Source of the DNA: Haliotis cracherodii
Taxonomy: Eukaryota
Length of the DNA: 64,000 nucleotides
Reading direction: 5' to 3'
NCBI RefSeq assembly: GCF_022045235.1
Contig: NW_027266267.1
Span: 2,232,001-2,296,000 of the forward strand
The notes below the pieces were generated by a model, which ran no database searches, had not been told where the DNA came from, and saw only the letters and a program-made list of their open reading frames with translations. Of this stretch, positions 34,174 to 46,700 are shown piece after piece (position 1 is the first letter of the stretch; each line of letters opens with the position of its first letter). The position numbers and the translations under genes are program-made.

Positions 34174-36029
34174 ACATTTGTAAGGGTAAGGCAACAGTGA
34201 CCCTAGGATATTATTTGGTGGGAATCCAAAGAGAATAACTGTAACTATTATTTTGAGAGAGCGTGTGATCAGCCTGCATTTGATTATATATGTAATGCAT
34301 ATACTTTGTAATTGTTTTTATGATTAAGATAATTAGTAAGTAATAGTTTTAACTAGATGATATATGAACATGAAGATGGTCACGCAAAGAACGTTTCGGT
34401 TTGCATTCAGGTGTAAAACATATTGAGCAATAATTATAATGTTACAAATCATGTAACTTCATACATACGCATCGAAGATGGCGGCACTTCCGTTTCCGGT
34501 GGCGCGCGCATCCAAGATGGCGACATTTCCGTTTCCGGGAGGCGTGCGCACCTCCAAGAGGACGCCACATCAGGTTCCGGGGAGGAGGCGGCCATAAGAA
34601 GCGCTCGTAAAATATCAAAATATCAAAATTAAAAGAAGCGCACGTTAAATCCTTAATGTCCATTTCTTTCTTTTTTTAAAGGGTAGTCAGGTGACTTTTG
34701 GAGGGTAGTCAAAGCAATGGATGCACGCGTTCTTTCGGGAGAGATGGGTGGCCCTGAAAAGGGCCGTTTCAGAGAAGAAGTAGATTACTTCCTCTCCCAC
34801 AAAGGGACTGTGCTACAAAGGCACGGATGGTCTGACATCTGTCCTTCAGGACAATGTTACAGTAGATGCACTGAAATGTGCCATCACGTGCCCTTGTGCC
34901 ATGCACATAGACTAGCAGGCACCCTTTGCACTTGTTGCATTGCCATGGAGGAATTTGTTCCAAATCCCAGCGGCACCCTTTGTACAGTGGCAAAGGGTGC
35001 GCAACTGGAACCAGCTCCAAATCATCATTTTCATCATTAGTCTGCATGCTGATGATGATCTCATGGAATGCAGTCTGAGTGGCTTCACAAAAAGAACTCA
35101 CACACTCACTGCATTCTATGAAATCAACCATGTATACAACTGTGTCTCTATACAACTGTATGAAGTGCCAGACCGACAGTCACAGTTACCTACCCTGAAG
35201 TGACATGTACCGAGTGCCACACTCAAGGTCACCCCCACTAATTCTGTCCGAAGATAAGCAGTCAAGATAAGCAGAAGACTCCCAAGGGCCCATGTTACAA
35301 CTGCCAAGTCTTGGGTCATTTCGCTGCAGATTGCCCAGATCCCAGTCGAAAGAAAACTTCAGCAGCGCCGTCAATGTCGACACATGTGACACAAGTGCTT
35401 CATCTCATAGAAGCTATGCATATCCACGCCCGTGCTCTAAAAGAATGCATCGCACAACTCCATGCATCACACCACGTCTAGGGAAAAGAAAACGGGACAG
35501 AAGCCCCTCAAGAAAGCACCCTTCAAAGCACCAACGACGTCACCAGTCTGAGGAGGAGGAAGAGGTGGAGGATGAAGAAGATAGATCATCTGAACAAAGT
35601 GACTAACGCATGGGACATGCTACATGTACTTCATTGTTTTTTCCAGTTTCCAATCGTTTCCAGTTTCCAATCGTTTCCAGTGTTCCAGTTTTCCTACAGT
35701 TTCCTGCCGTTTCCAGTTTGTTTTCCAACGGCCCTTTTCAGGGCCTCCAATCTCTCAAACCAAAACAAAGAACCCACCTCCTCCTCCTCCTTCCTCCTAC
35801 CAAATCCCTCCCTCCCTCCCTCCGCCACCTCCTCCCTCCACTACCACCACTTCTTTTTTTTTTTAAAAAAAGAAAAAAATGAACACGAAGGGTTTTACCT
35901 GCGCTTTTTTTAATTTTGATATTTTAACATTCTACGAGCGCTTCGTATGGCCGCCTCCTCCCCCGGAACCGGATATGGCGTCATCTAGGGCCCATCGGAC
36001 ATTCGAAACCTACCCCTTTACTCCAAATG
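34174..36029. mobile_element. Unclassified inverted-repeat-bounded element with degenerate cargo ORFs
   Basis: ~120-bp imperfect inverted repeats at 34555-34677 and 35865-35987; weaker outer inverted match CATTTG..AGGG(G)TA.G...CCCTAG; no transposase motif seen. Confidence 0.65.
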
Positions 36030-37486
36030 GAATGAACTTAACTTGATCATATGTATGTGAGGCAAAAAACAATGTACTTTTATGTTAATTTAATTTGATG
36101 AAACTTAATTTACTGTGGAAATTTGACAGAAAAGAGTGACAAATTCGCTTTGAAAACAGGTATTCTGGTTCCCGTATCAATGTAGGACGTGTGATATGAG
36201 GAGACAAAGCCAAGCTTAAACAGTTTGATATCCTCTTCAATAAAAAAACAGTCGACAAAAACATATGATATTATATGACTGGACATTGTGATTGTCTCTG
36301 ACGATTAGGTGTGCATTGTCTTATTACTGTGTGAATTATAAAACTGTTTATCACCTGGGTTTGGGGGGTCCTCTTGAGGCTGTAGTTCAACCGGAATAGA
36401 AAACAATTATTAAAAGACGAAACAGCTGTCCACGGTTTTGAGTGAAATGTATAGGTTGAATGTTAGTTGGTCAATCTGAATAATGGAAACACAGATGATG
36501 GCGTTTAAGAAATTGTTATGCTGCTGAATTGCAAAATATATGTGTGCCATTGTCTGCTATGAAAAAGTGACACGTTTCAAGCTCTCTGTTGTCTCATCAA
36601 GTTAAAATACATTCATAGTTGTTTCTACCCTTTTTTGACCTCTCCATTAAAATGTAACTGTATATGTCGCTGTTTCAAAATGTCTGCTGACTGACAACTG
36701 TTGATTTATTTCAGTGAATCTATACCTTCCTTCACAATTAATTATGTCAAAACCAACATATGCTGTTGTAATGCCTTTGTGACCCGAGTTACCGTACAGA
36801 ATGTGACCAATGTCAAAGCATGTTTATAAATGCCAGAAACGTTATCATAATAGCAACCAACATGAGACATTTAACTGTTGTCAACGGGATCGATGGATAC
36901 AACCTTACCTACGTTTACATATGCTGTCTTGTGTGTTGTTTTTAAACAACACTAGAAGATATATTTTATAACACTAGATATTGGTGACGCCATCTGCCAT
37001 GCGATTTCCAAAATCTAAATTGGTCTAGACGGGTGTGACATGTCACTAAGTTTCAGTGCAGTCAGCAAAAGTTGATGATAGGCTGCTATCATTCTGCATG
37101 TAATGCAAACACCCCTCAAATTTACAATTGTTACTGCAACAATACAATTTGCATTTAGTGGCATGAATGATAATCTGCCGTGGCAGGGTTAGTTTTGTTT
37201 TGAAAGTCAAAGGCAGCATGGTTTGTGCCTGGTGCAAGATTTTGAGTTCTTTTCTTGGTGCGATGTACGTGAAAGTGTTTCCCAGGGGTTTTACAATACG
37301 AGAATAAAGCTTCAGGATGAACACTATGGATCTTGGATGGATAAGGCTAACTTAAAAAACCCTGGATGTGACAGTCGTTATAATAATTTAAAAGAAAGGA
37401 CATCAGGTACCAATAGATGGAACAGATGCATTACTTGGGATATTTGTGAGATAAAGACTTAATTAGTGTTGTACGAGATAATTTAC

Positions 37487-40400
37487 CTTCTCCCCTGGCT
37501 CACTATAAAGGTCAACCAATGCCTTGGTTATGGCTGTGTATCTCTCGGTATCCATGTGGAGGTATCCAGGTAAGGCCTTCCGTCTGGCTACAGTTTCTAA
37601 GCGCTCTAGCTTCTCCTTAAACAGCTTCTCATCCTTCCACGTGGACGCAGGTACAACTCCATATACGACATCAAGTGACACACCTGTCTTCTCCTTGATG
37701 AAACCCATGATGCTTCTCGTCAGTTGGGCATTGTACTCCACTGCATGCTCCTGTTTGCCTCCGTCCTCTACAAATGTCAGGATGTGCAGTGGTTGTGTGG
37801 CTCTAATGATAGCCACATCACAGATGGACATGTTAGGTAGTTTGCGACATTCAAACTTGCCAATATGAGCCATTTGATGTGCAATGTAGGCCCAACCATC
37901 ATGTTGGTATAGAACGTTCTGGATTTCTCTTGAAATCACACCTACATCGTCACCGGGGTTCTGCAATAACACATCTACTTCGTCACTGGTGTTCTGCAAA
38001 CTGAGCTCCAAATTCGCCTTTGCAGAGTGGGGAAATATTGTGTGACCTGAAACAATAAAACTATCATTAACATTTTACTGAGTGGATGGGTTGTTGAAAG
38101 TAAAAGATGATCAATATTAATATACAATGAGCTACACGTCTATAGTAGTCAATCGACACATGATCTTCTAAAAATCCAAGAAAAGGTCTTTCAAAACAAA
38201 AAAGAACAGTATGAACCTGTATATATGTTATTTGTAGACCATGAATACCTCAGACATTTGTGTGCAAATTAACAGTAATCTAAACACACACACAACAAGG
38301 AATGCCTTAGATAATAAATCTTGTGTGAAACATTGACTACACTAGTTCAGGTTTGGAATTCAAAGACAATAAACTAAATGGAAATCAGAATGCTGGAATT
38401 TCAATTATTAGTATTCAGTGGGAGAGAAATGATTGAACTTTTTGGACACAATTTGATTCTACAAATGTACAACCAGACACCCGATCACGACCATGTTCAG
38501 TTAAACCTAATGATACGAAAACCTAATGAATGTTTAAAACCAATGGAGTCATAGATCTGGACATTGGCAGAACATAAAACACACAGTTACAAATGGTTTC
38601 ACCCGTCAATACACTTCAACATACGTCACATTAGACGATGATTGTAAAGGATTTTACCTTCTCCTACTAAAATGTCATGATTGTTATATGTTCATGTGTA
38701 TTCAAATTAGGTCATGTCAAGTCTCGGGACTTGTTACATTCAGTAGGGATATATACTCCATAATAATTATTCCCCTTAGCTCGTAAGGTATTCTCTAATC
38801 AACTTACCAGGATCTGTTGCCCTCTTGAGGTCTGTCTGATTAAGTATTAAGTTTGTTTCGACTTGTTGGTCGCTGATTTCTTCTGTAATCACCTTCAATC
38901 TGTTAACAGGATGCTCCAAATGCTTCTTAGCAGATTGGGGAAATATTCTGTGACCTGAAAGAATAAAACTATCATAAACATGGTCACATGGTATGCTTAT
39001 GTATCATAAAGATAGACCGTTCAAATCAAAAAAACAATCATGGGATATTTAATAGAAACATGAATTCCTCACCGTTTGTGTGGAGATTAACTGTAAGCTA
39101 CGTGCAGAGGAAATCACTAGACAATCACCCTTGGATTTGTTATGATAATCCTTAATTCCTCCCAGCTCATTAATTATTTTCTAATAAATAAACCGACAAA
39201 ACCTTTTCCATATCCAATAGAAATCCCTGCATAAAGCAGAGTCGATTGTATAATTCCGACTATATCATGAGCATGCGTTTATGAATAACTATCAAATAGT
39301 AATGATACCAGGTGTTCGCGAAAAGGCGAGCGTATCCTGGCCCACTGGTGGAACCTGTCACAAACACATGCAAAGGCAAGTCTATTGTTCACCTGAAATA
39401 AACATGAGAAACAAATGGTACAAGTCAAAATAGGGAATAGCATCAGTTTTGTCACTGATGCGTCAAATTTGGAAATGTCCTCCTCATGTCTAGCATAAAC
39501 GTTTTTTAAAGCTTTACCGAGGCCTTGAATGTTGTAACCCTTATCAAACAACTTCTGAGCAAGAGTCGCATGACACTCTTTGAGATATTTGAAGAAAGAG
39601 CATGCTCGATTGTATTTTAAAAGTTATGAAGGCTGAAGCTGCTGGAATATTTCTTGACATGAATGGAAAGTTGACTGTTGGATAGTTGAAGTCATCCTAC
39701 TTGTCTCCTATAATCCTAGTTCAGGTGGGTAAATCAGGGAATTGGCTATTTGATTGTTATTGAACGATGTTAGATCATCGATATACCTGAAGCTTATGTT
39801 AAACGTCTTGGCTAAATTACCTTGTTTTGAATGGCCAGTCAAAACAGAAATTCCGATTCATGTGCACAAAGAAACAGATCCGCAAGAAGGGGAGCACAGT
39901 TGGTGTCCCTGGGGATGCCTACTTCTTGGCTAAATGTCATACCAACAAATTCTATATAGATCCTACCAATGAGATGTTAAAAACTGATATAGTCGGAATC
40001 GTACAATCAATGTTTTTGGCAGATATTTCTTATGAATATGGAAAGGGTATTGCTGCTTTTATTTATGAACTCATATTTATTTATGACTGACCAGGTAAGA
40101 TATTCTCTGAACAACTTACCAGGATCTGTTGCCCTCTTGAGGGCTGTCTGATCAAGTATTAATCTGCTTTCTTCGATGTCAATTGCCATGGAGGGGAAAT
40201 CTGATATGGAACAAAACATAAGTTATTGCCAGAGATTTATTATGACCATGGAAAGGGTATTGCTACTTTTATTATGAACTCATATTCATTTATAACTGAC
40301 AATGATCTGTATCCTTGTTAGGTTCTGTCTGATCCAGTATTAATCTGCTTTCGTCTTTGTCAATTGCCACGGAGGGGGAATCTGATATAGACAAAACATA

Positions 40401-40791
40401 CGTTTGTGAATACAATGATAAACAGGTTGAATATATGTCATGAACATTCATAAACAGTAAATTCAATGACAGAGTTGATGCAAAGAATCTTAACAACGTC
40501 CCAAGTGATACACCAATGAAGTTCATGAATAATACCTGCATGAAGGGTCTCCTGGTCATCAGAACTTGACGTGGACTCATTTCCGTGGGCAAACAGGCTC
40601 TTTATGATTTCTTCATCAGACTGGTATGGACTTGATCCAAGAGAACTGCTGTCATCAGTTGACTCATCGTAAACCATCTGGGCTTCCTGAATATAATCTG
40701 AACGATGAATGTCACCAAAAGGAGTCTTGGATTCACCTGGCTCTTCGGACATGTCATCGTATATTATCGGGACTTCCTTCTTATCCCCCAT
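37487..40791 (-). CDS. Acidic/repeat exons plus Schlafen middle (linker) domain; predicted to splice to the ankyrin exon (exons 40791-40536, 40381-40301, 40200-40120, 38954-38808, 38046-37487)
   Basis: All junctions are GT-AG and phase 1; ICDVAIIRATQPLHILTFV...AVEYNAQLTRSI resembles the Schlafen linker motif (CDALLI...P..LYT...Y...A..LK). Confidence 0.68.
39300..39990 (-). mobile_element. Penelope-like retroelement RT remnant (Naiad-type) in an intron
   Basis: Fragments GTNCAPLLADLFL, FNISFRYIDDL, DK*DDFNYPTVNFPFMSRNIP on the minus strand; heavily deleted. Confidence 0.75.
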
Positions 40792-40839
40792 GCTTCAAAT
40801 GATTTCAAAATAAAGTAAGCATCTAAAACTTGTACAGGT

Positions 40840-41892
40840 TTACATTAATCTTTGTAACCATTCATTTTTGTCCATTCTGCGAATTTGACCGTTTTCAATC
40901 ACGTGTGTTCTCGGTCCACGACTATCATAGAAAACAACACCTTCAACACACTTCACAGCCACCTCCAGAACAACTTTGTGACGTTCAGTTTGATGATTGT
41001 GAAATCTAATAGCAATCAGGTCAGGAGGGACAGCAGTGAACGTGTTCTCACTTCGATTCAATACTACACAGTCTTGTAGCATTGACTTGAGTTTTTTTTC
41101 TAATTTTTCCTTGGCCACTTTTAACTCAAATCCATGTACATCAGGAATAATTGTTTCATAGGGGTCAGTTTTCCCTGATTTCTTCTCACCTATTCCAAGA
41201 TAGTAGGATCCGCCATCAGGAATCTTTGACATAGCAGTTAAGTTATCCTTTAATTTAAATTGATTCCACAGTTTCTCCACAAATGTGTCGGCATTTTGTT
41301 GTATCTTGTCAGTGTCCGGGTATTTAAAGCCTTTTAACTGAATGTGAATATTTTCATGTAACTGTTGACGGTCATTTGGTATTCCCTTAAGCACAGGCAC
41401 AGAAGGTGTGCGCAACTGTGATCGCACTGTGAGTAGTTGTTGTGTTGTGGGGTTCACATTCTCGTAATCCTTCCCTAGCTTTGTATTGAAATCTGCAGTA
41501 GCTACACCTGTGACTGCTTCAATGCGTATGTGAATAAAATCAGCACTGTCTGCACAGTCCTCCAAGATATCCTGTAACCACTGACGTCTGTACGTGTTGG
41601 CGTAGACTTCTCCGGCTTCCAGCAGATCAGTCACTATACTGCCTACAACCTTGTCAAAGTAGTCCAGACATCTGTCCCAAGGTTCTGTTCCATTTACATG
41701 AACCAACAAAACACCACCACCACTGTTGCGTAATGCTGATAGTCTTTTAAGAAGTTTTTTGCGTGTCTCCTTCCTTTCTTCTGACTTCTTTAAATATATT
41801 GCCCGCTCTGTGTGGATTGAAAGTAGTTCGTGTTCAGCACTTTGTTTCCTGTAAAAAGTGTTAACCTTCTTGCATGCATCGCAACTGTGCAT
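40840..41892 (-). CDS. Schlafen core (AlbA_2-type RNase fold) protein, intronless ORF of 350 aa from the first ATG
   Basis: LSALRNSGGGVLLV; HENIHIQLK; NLTAMSKIPDGGSYYLGIGE; VHGF; VLEVAV..GVVFY..GP..H.IENGQI..M...EWLQRLM, collinear with the vertebrate SLFN N-terminal domain. Confidence 0.85.
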   Translation of the reverse strand: MHSCDACKKVNTFYRKQSAEHELLSIHTERAIYLKKSEERKETRKKLLKRLSALRNSGGGVLLVHVNGTEPWDRCLDYFDKVVGSIVTDLLEAGEVYANTYRRQWLQDILEDCADSADFIHIRIEAVTGVATADFNTKLGKDYENVNPTTQQLLTVRSQLRTPSVPVLKGIPNDRQQLHENIHIQLKGFKYPDTDKIQQNADTFVEKLWNQFKLKDNLTAMSKIPDGGSYYLGIGEKKSGKTDPYETIIPDVHGFELKVAKEKLEKKLKSMLQDCVVLNRSENTFTAVPPDLIAIRFHNHQTERHKVVLEVAVKCVEGVVFYDSRGPRTHVIENGQIRRMDKNEWLQRLM

Positions 41893-42569
41893 GTTTCTCA
41901 ACACTCATGTAGAATTCACAACATCCGTGCATGTCCAGTAATAATCTGGTACAGACAATAGTCTGTAATGTTCACAACAGGTGTGTTTGGATCACAACAG
42001 TCATGCAAAGATCAATGCAGTCTTGTGTAAATGGTAGATCTCGTGATACAGATCCCGCTCTGTGTACATTAACAGTATCTCGGTGTTTTGTTGCCGGTAT
42101 TTTGTTTTAACATTATTACACCAAGGGCAACCTTGCATGTTTCTCAATAATCTTGTAACATCCCAAACAGCGTTGCATGTCTGTTAACACGTTGGTGTAC
42201 CCCACAATAGTTTCGTTGTGTTGGATTGTCACATTTCTCACGCTCAAAGCAGTGCAGTCTTGTGTCACTCAGGTTTTAACTGATTTGTCTGGCTTGATTC
42301 ACTCGTCTTACACAATATTCTTGAATTATAACTATATGGACCAATGCCCTGAAACCAGAAACGTACACTGAGACAAACGCCGTGATGATGGTTCAGGTAA
42401 GTATTGACCCATTTGGGTTTGTTATTGAACTTGTCCTTCCCTGTATGAACCCGGATGCAAATTGATTCTATTGCTATTTTATAAGTCAAAGATATATTTT
42501 CAATAATTGAAACCTATAGTTGTTTGAGTCCCTATCAACACATGATAAACCTGGAAAAACGTGTAAGAT

Positions 42570-42590
42570 GCACACGCGCACGCACGCACA

Positions 42591-42623
<33 letters not shown>

Positions 42624-42660
42624 GCACGCACGCACGCACGCACTCACGCACACACACACT
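42570..42660. repeat. (GCAC)n/(CA)n microsatellite
   Basis: Direct reading. Confidence 0.95.
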
Positions 42661-42984
42661 GTGATTTTATATATAAAAAGATATTTTGTCCCCTAAAATC
42701 TTACATGAAAATCAGAATGATGGTATTAAATAAGCATATATCTGGTTGTGTCGCTGTAGTTGAAAAATCTAATCTCAAAACAAAATCTGTTGTTCACATA
42801 TTTATTTAATTGCTATGGCAACGTCCGTTTCAAAACATTTTTTTTCTGTACTAAGATAATCAGTTTCAGTGGAAGAGGCACATTTATACTTCCTGCTCCA
42901 GGCCTGCACGTGTACGGCCTGTAGATAAGGGACCTAGATTTCACAATGGAAATATTGAAACCAGTAACTAAAGTTATCCCATAA

Positions 42985-43340
42985 TGTCATGGCAGCCCTA
43001 CAACAACCAGGGCCTACACATGTAGCTGTGGGGAGCACTGGCACCTACTGACTCAACAACACAACAATTACATGGGCAGTCCTACAACAACCCAGTCCTA
43101 CACATGTAGCTGTGGGGAGCACTGACACCTACTGACTCAACAACACAACAATTACATGGGCAGTCCTACAACAACCCAGTCCTACACATGTAGCTGTGGA
43201 AAGCACTGACACCTACTGACTCACCAACACATACTGTTTCAGAAATACAACACATATATAAGCAACTCAACAACAACTCTGTCTTATATATGTGGCGGCA
43301 AGTGACACTGACACCTACTGACTCACCAACACAACATTTG
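42985..43340. repeat. ~83-bp tandem repeat family, also present at 22146-22220 and 60340-60465
   Basis: CCTACAACAACCCAGTCCTACACATGTAGCTGTGGGGAGCACTGACACCTACTGACTCAACAACACAACAATTACATGG units. Confidence 0.88.
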
Positions 43341-43714
43341 AATTCACATAGGAATCTAATCAACAACAGTTGGCTTTAACTATCACATGTATGCCTGCAC
43401 GTCTTAAGCAGGCTTGTAGTGATTTACAAAAAAGTAAATATTTAGATGTTTTCATTGAGCAATAGTTTTGTTGGTTCATGCTGATTGATCTGTTTCACGC
43501 AAAGATTTCGGTTGTATTCACTGTTTTGACATAGAGACACAAAGACACAATCCAGCGCATTGTGGCAAATGTTTGAAGATGGTGACATCGATTCATGTGG
43601 CAACGTTCGAATGATAGAATTACTGACAACAAACCAATCCTTTAAACTGTAGGCAATACTGACACCTGATTCACCAACACGGCAATTGCATGGACTGCTC
43701 AACAAACCAGCACA

Positions 43715-46700
43715 ATAGGGTCAGGGATAGGAATAGGGATGGGAATGGGATGGGGATGGGGATGGGGATAGGGATGGTGATGGGGATGGGGAAAGAGATA
43801 GGGATGGGAATAGGGATGGGAATAGGGATGGGGATGGGGATAGGGATAGGGATGGGGATGGGGATAGGGATGGGGATGGGGATAGGGATAGGGAGGGGGG
43901 TGGGGATAGGGATAGGGATGGGGATGGGAATAGGGATGGGGATGGGGATAGGGATAGGGAGGGGAATGGGGATAGGGATAGGGATGGGGATGGGAATAGG
44001 GATGGGGATGGGGATAGGGATAGGGATGGGAATGGGGATAGGGATAGGGATGGGGATGGGGATAGGGATAGGGATGGGGATGGGAATAGGGATGGGGATG
44101 GGGATAGGGATAGGGATGGGGATGGGGATAGGGATAGGGAGGGGGGTGGGGATAGGGATAGTGATGGGAATAGGAATGGGAATAGGGATGGGGATGGGGA
44201 TGGGGATAGGGATAGGGATGGGGATAGGAACTGGGATGGGGACGGGAATGGGGATAGTGATAGGAATGGGGATGTCGATTGGGATTGAGATGGGGATATG
44301 GATGGGGATGGGAATAGGGATGGGGATAGGGATGGGATGGGGATGGGGATGGGAATAGTCATGGGAATAGGGATAGGCATAATGATAGGGATGGGGATGG
44401 GGATGGGGATGGGGATGCGGATAGGAATGGGAATGGGGATTGGGATGGGGATGGGGATGGGGATGGGAATAGGGATGGGGATAGAGACTGGGGTTGGGAA
44501 AGAGATTGGGATGGGGATGGGGATCGGGATGGAGATGGGGGTTGGGAAAGAGATTGGGATGGGGAGGAGATGGGATGGGGATGGGGATAGAGATGGGGGT
44601 GGAGAAAGAGATGGGGATGGGGAGGGGATCTGGATGGGGATGGGGATGGGATGTGGATGTCGATGGGGATGTGGATGGGGATGGGGATCGGATGGGGATG
44701 TGGATGGGGATGTGGATGGGGATGGGGATGGGAATGGGGATAAGGATAGGGATGGGATGGGGATGGAAATGATGATATGGATAGGAATGGGGATGGGGAT
44801 GGGGGTAGGGATTAAAATGGGATTAGGAATAGGTGATGAGGATAGGGATGGGGACGGGGATAGGGATGATTATGGTGATAGGTATGGGGATAGGGATGGG
44901 AATGGGGATGGATATGGGGAAAGGGATAGAAATGGACATTGGGATGGGGATAGGGATAGGCATAGGGATAGGAACGGGGATGGGGACGGGAATGGGGATG
45001 GGGATATGAATGGTGATGGGAATGGGGATAGAGATGGGGATGGGGATGGGGAGAGGAATAGGGATGTCGATTGGGATGGAGATGGGGATATGGATGGGGA
45101 TGGGGATAGGAATGAGGATAGGGATGGGCATGAAGTTGAGGATGGAGATGGGCATATGGATAGGGATGGGGATGTGATTGGGATTAGTATGGGGATAGGG
45201 ATGGGGATAGGGATAGGGATAGGAAAATTGATGGGGATGGGGATAGGGACTGGAATGGAGATAGGGATGGGGATGGAGATGGTGATGGAGATGGGGATAT
45301 TGATAGGGATGGAGATGGGGATAGACATGGAGATGGGGATAGGGATGGAGATCGGGGATAGGGATCGGGATCGGGATCAGGATGGGGATGTGATGGGGAA
45401 AGGGATAGGAATAGGAATGAGGATGGGGATGGGGATGGAGATGGGGATAGGGATAGGGAAAGGGATGGGGATGGGGTTGATCAGGATAGAGATGGGGATT
45501 TGGATGGGGATAGGGATGGGGATGGAGATGTGGATGGATACGGGGATATAGATAGGGATGGGGATTGGGATGGAGATGGGATGGGGATAGAGATGGGGAT
45601 GGGGATAGAGATGGGGATGGGGATAATGATGGGGATGGGGATGGGGATGGAATGGAGATGTGGATGGAGATGGGGATATGGATAGGAATGGGGATGGGGT
45701 AGGGATTAGATTGGGAATAGGGATAGGTGACGGGGATAGGGATGAGGACGGGGATAGGGATGGGGATGGTGATAGGTATGGGGATAGGGATGGAAATGGG
45801 GATGGAGATGGGAAAAGGGATAGAAATGGACATTGGTATAGGGATAGGAACGGGGATGGAGACGGGAATGGGTATAGTGATAGGGATAGGAATGGTGATG
45901 GGGATGGGGATAGAGATAGTGATTTGGATAGGGATAAGGATAGGGATAGGAACGGGGATTGGAACGGGAATGGGGACAGTGATAGGAATGGTAATGGGGA
46001 TGGGGATAGAGATGAGGATGGGAATAGGAATGGGGATGTCGATTGGGATGGAGATGGGGATATGGATGGGGATGGGGATAGGAATGGGGATAGGGATGGA
46101 GGAAGAAATGAGGATGGAGATGGGGATATGGATAGGGACGGTGATTGGGATTGGAATGGGGATAGGGATGGGGAAAGGGATGGGAATAGGGATAGGGATA
46201 GGGATGGGAATATTGATGGGGATATGAATGGTCATTGTGATGGGGATGGGGATAGGGATGGGGATGGGGATAGGGATGGGGATGGGGATAGGAATCGGGA
46301 TGGGGATGGGAATAGGGATAGATATGGAGATGGTGATAGGTATGGGGATTGGGATGGAGATGGGGATGGGGACAGGGATAGGAACTGGGATGGGGACGGG
46401 AATGGGGATAGTGATAGGAATGGGGATGTCGATTGGGATTGAGATGGGGATATGGATGGGGATGGGGATAGGAATGGGGATAGGGATGGGGGTGGATATG
46501 AGGATGGAGATGGGGATGGAGATGGGGATATGGATTGGAAGGGGGATAGGGATGGTGATGGGGATAGGAATGGGGATAGGGATGTGGGTGGAGCTGAGGA
46601 TGGAGATGGAGATGGAGATGGGGATATGGATTGGAATGGGGATAGGGATGGTGATGGTGATTGGGATTGGAATGGGGGTAGGGATGGGGAAAGGGATGAG

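Noticed and set aside
34769-35155. RPA70-C-like zinc ribbon call for the minus-strand Cys-rich ORF
   Set aside because: Only loose CxxC spacing, non-ATG start and upstream in-frame stops; the coding strand cannot be decided.
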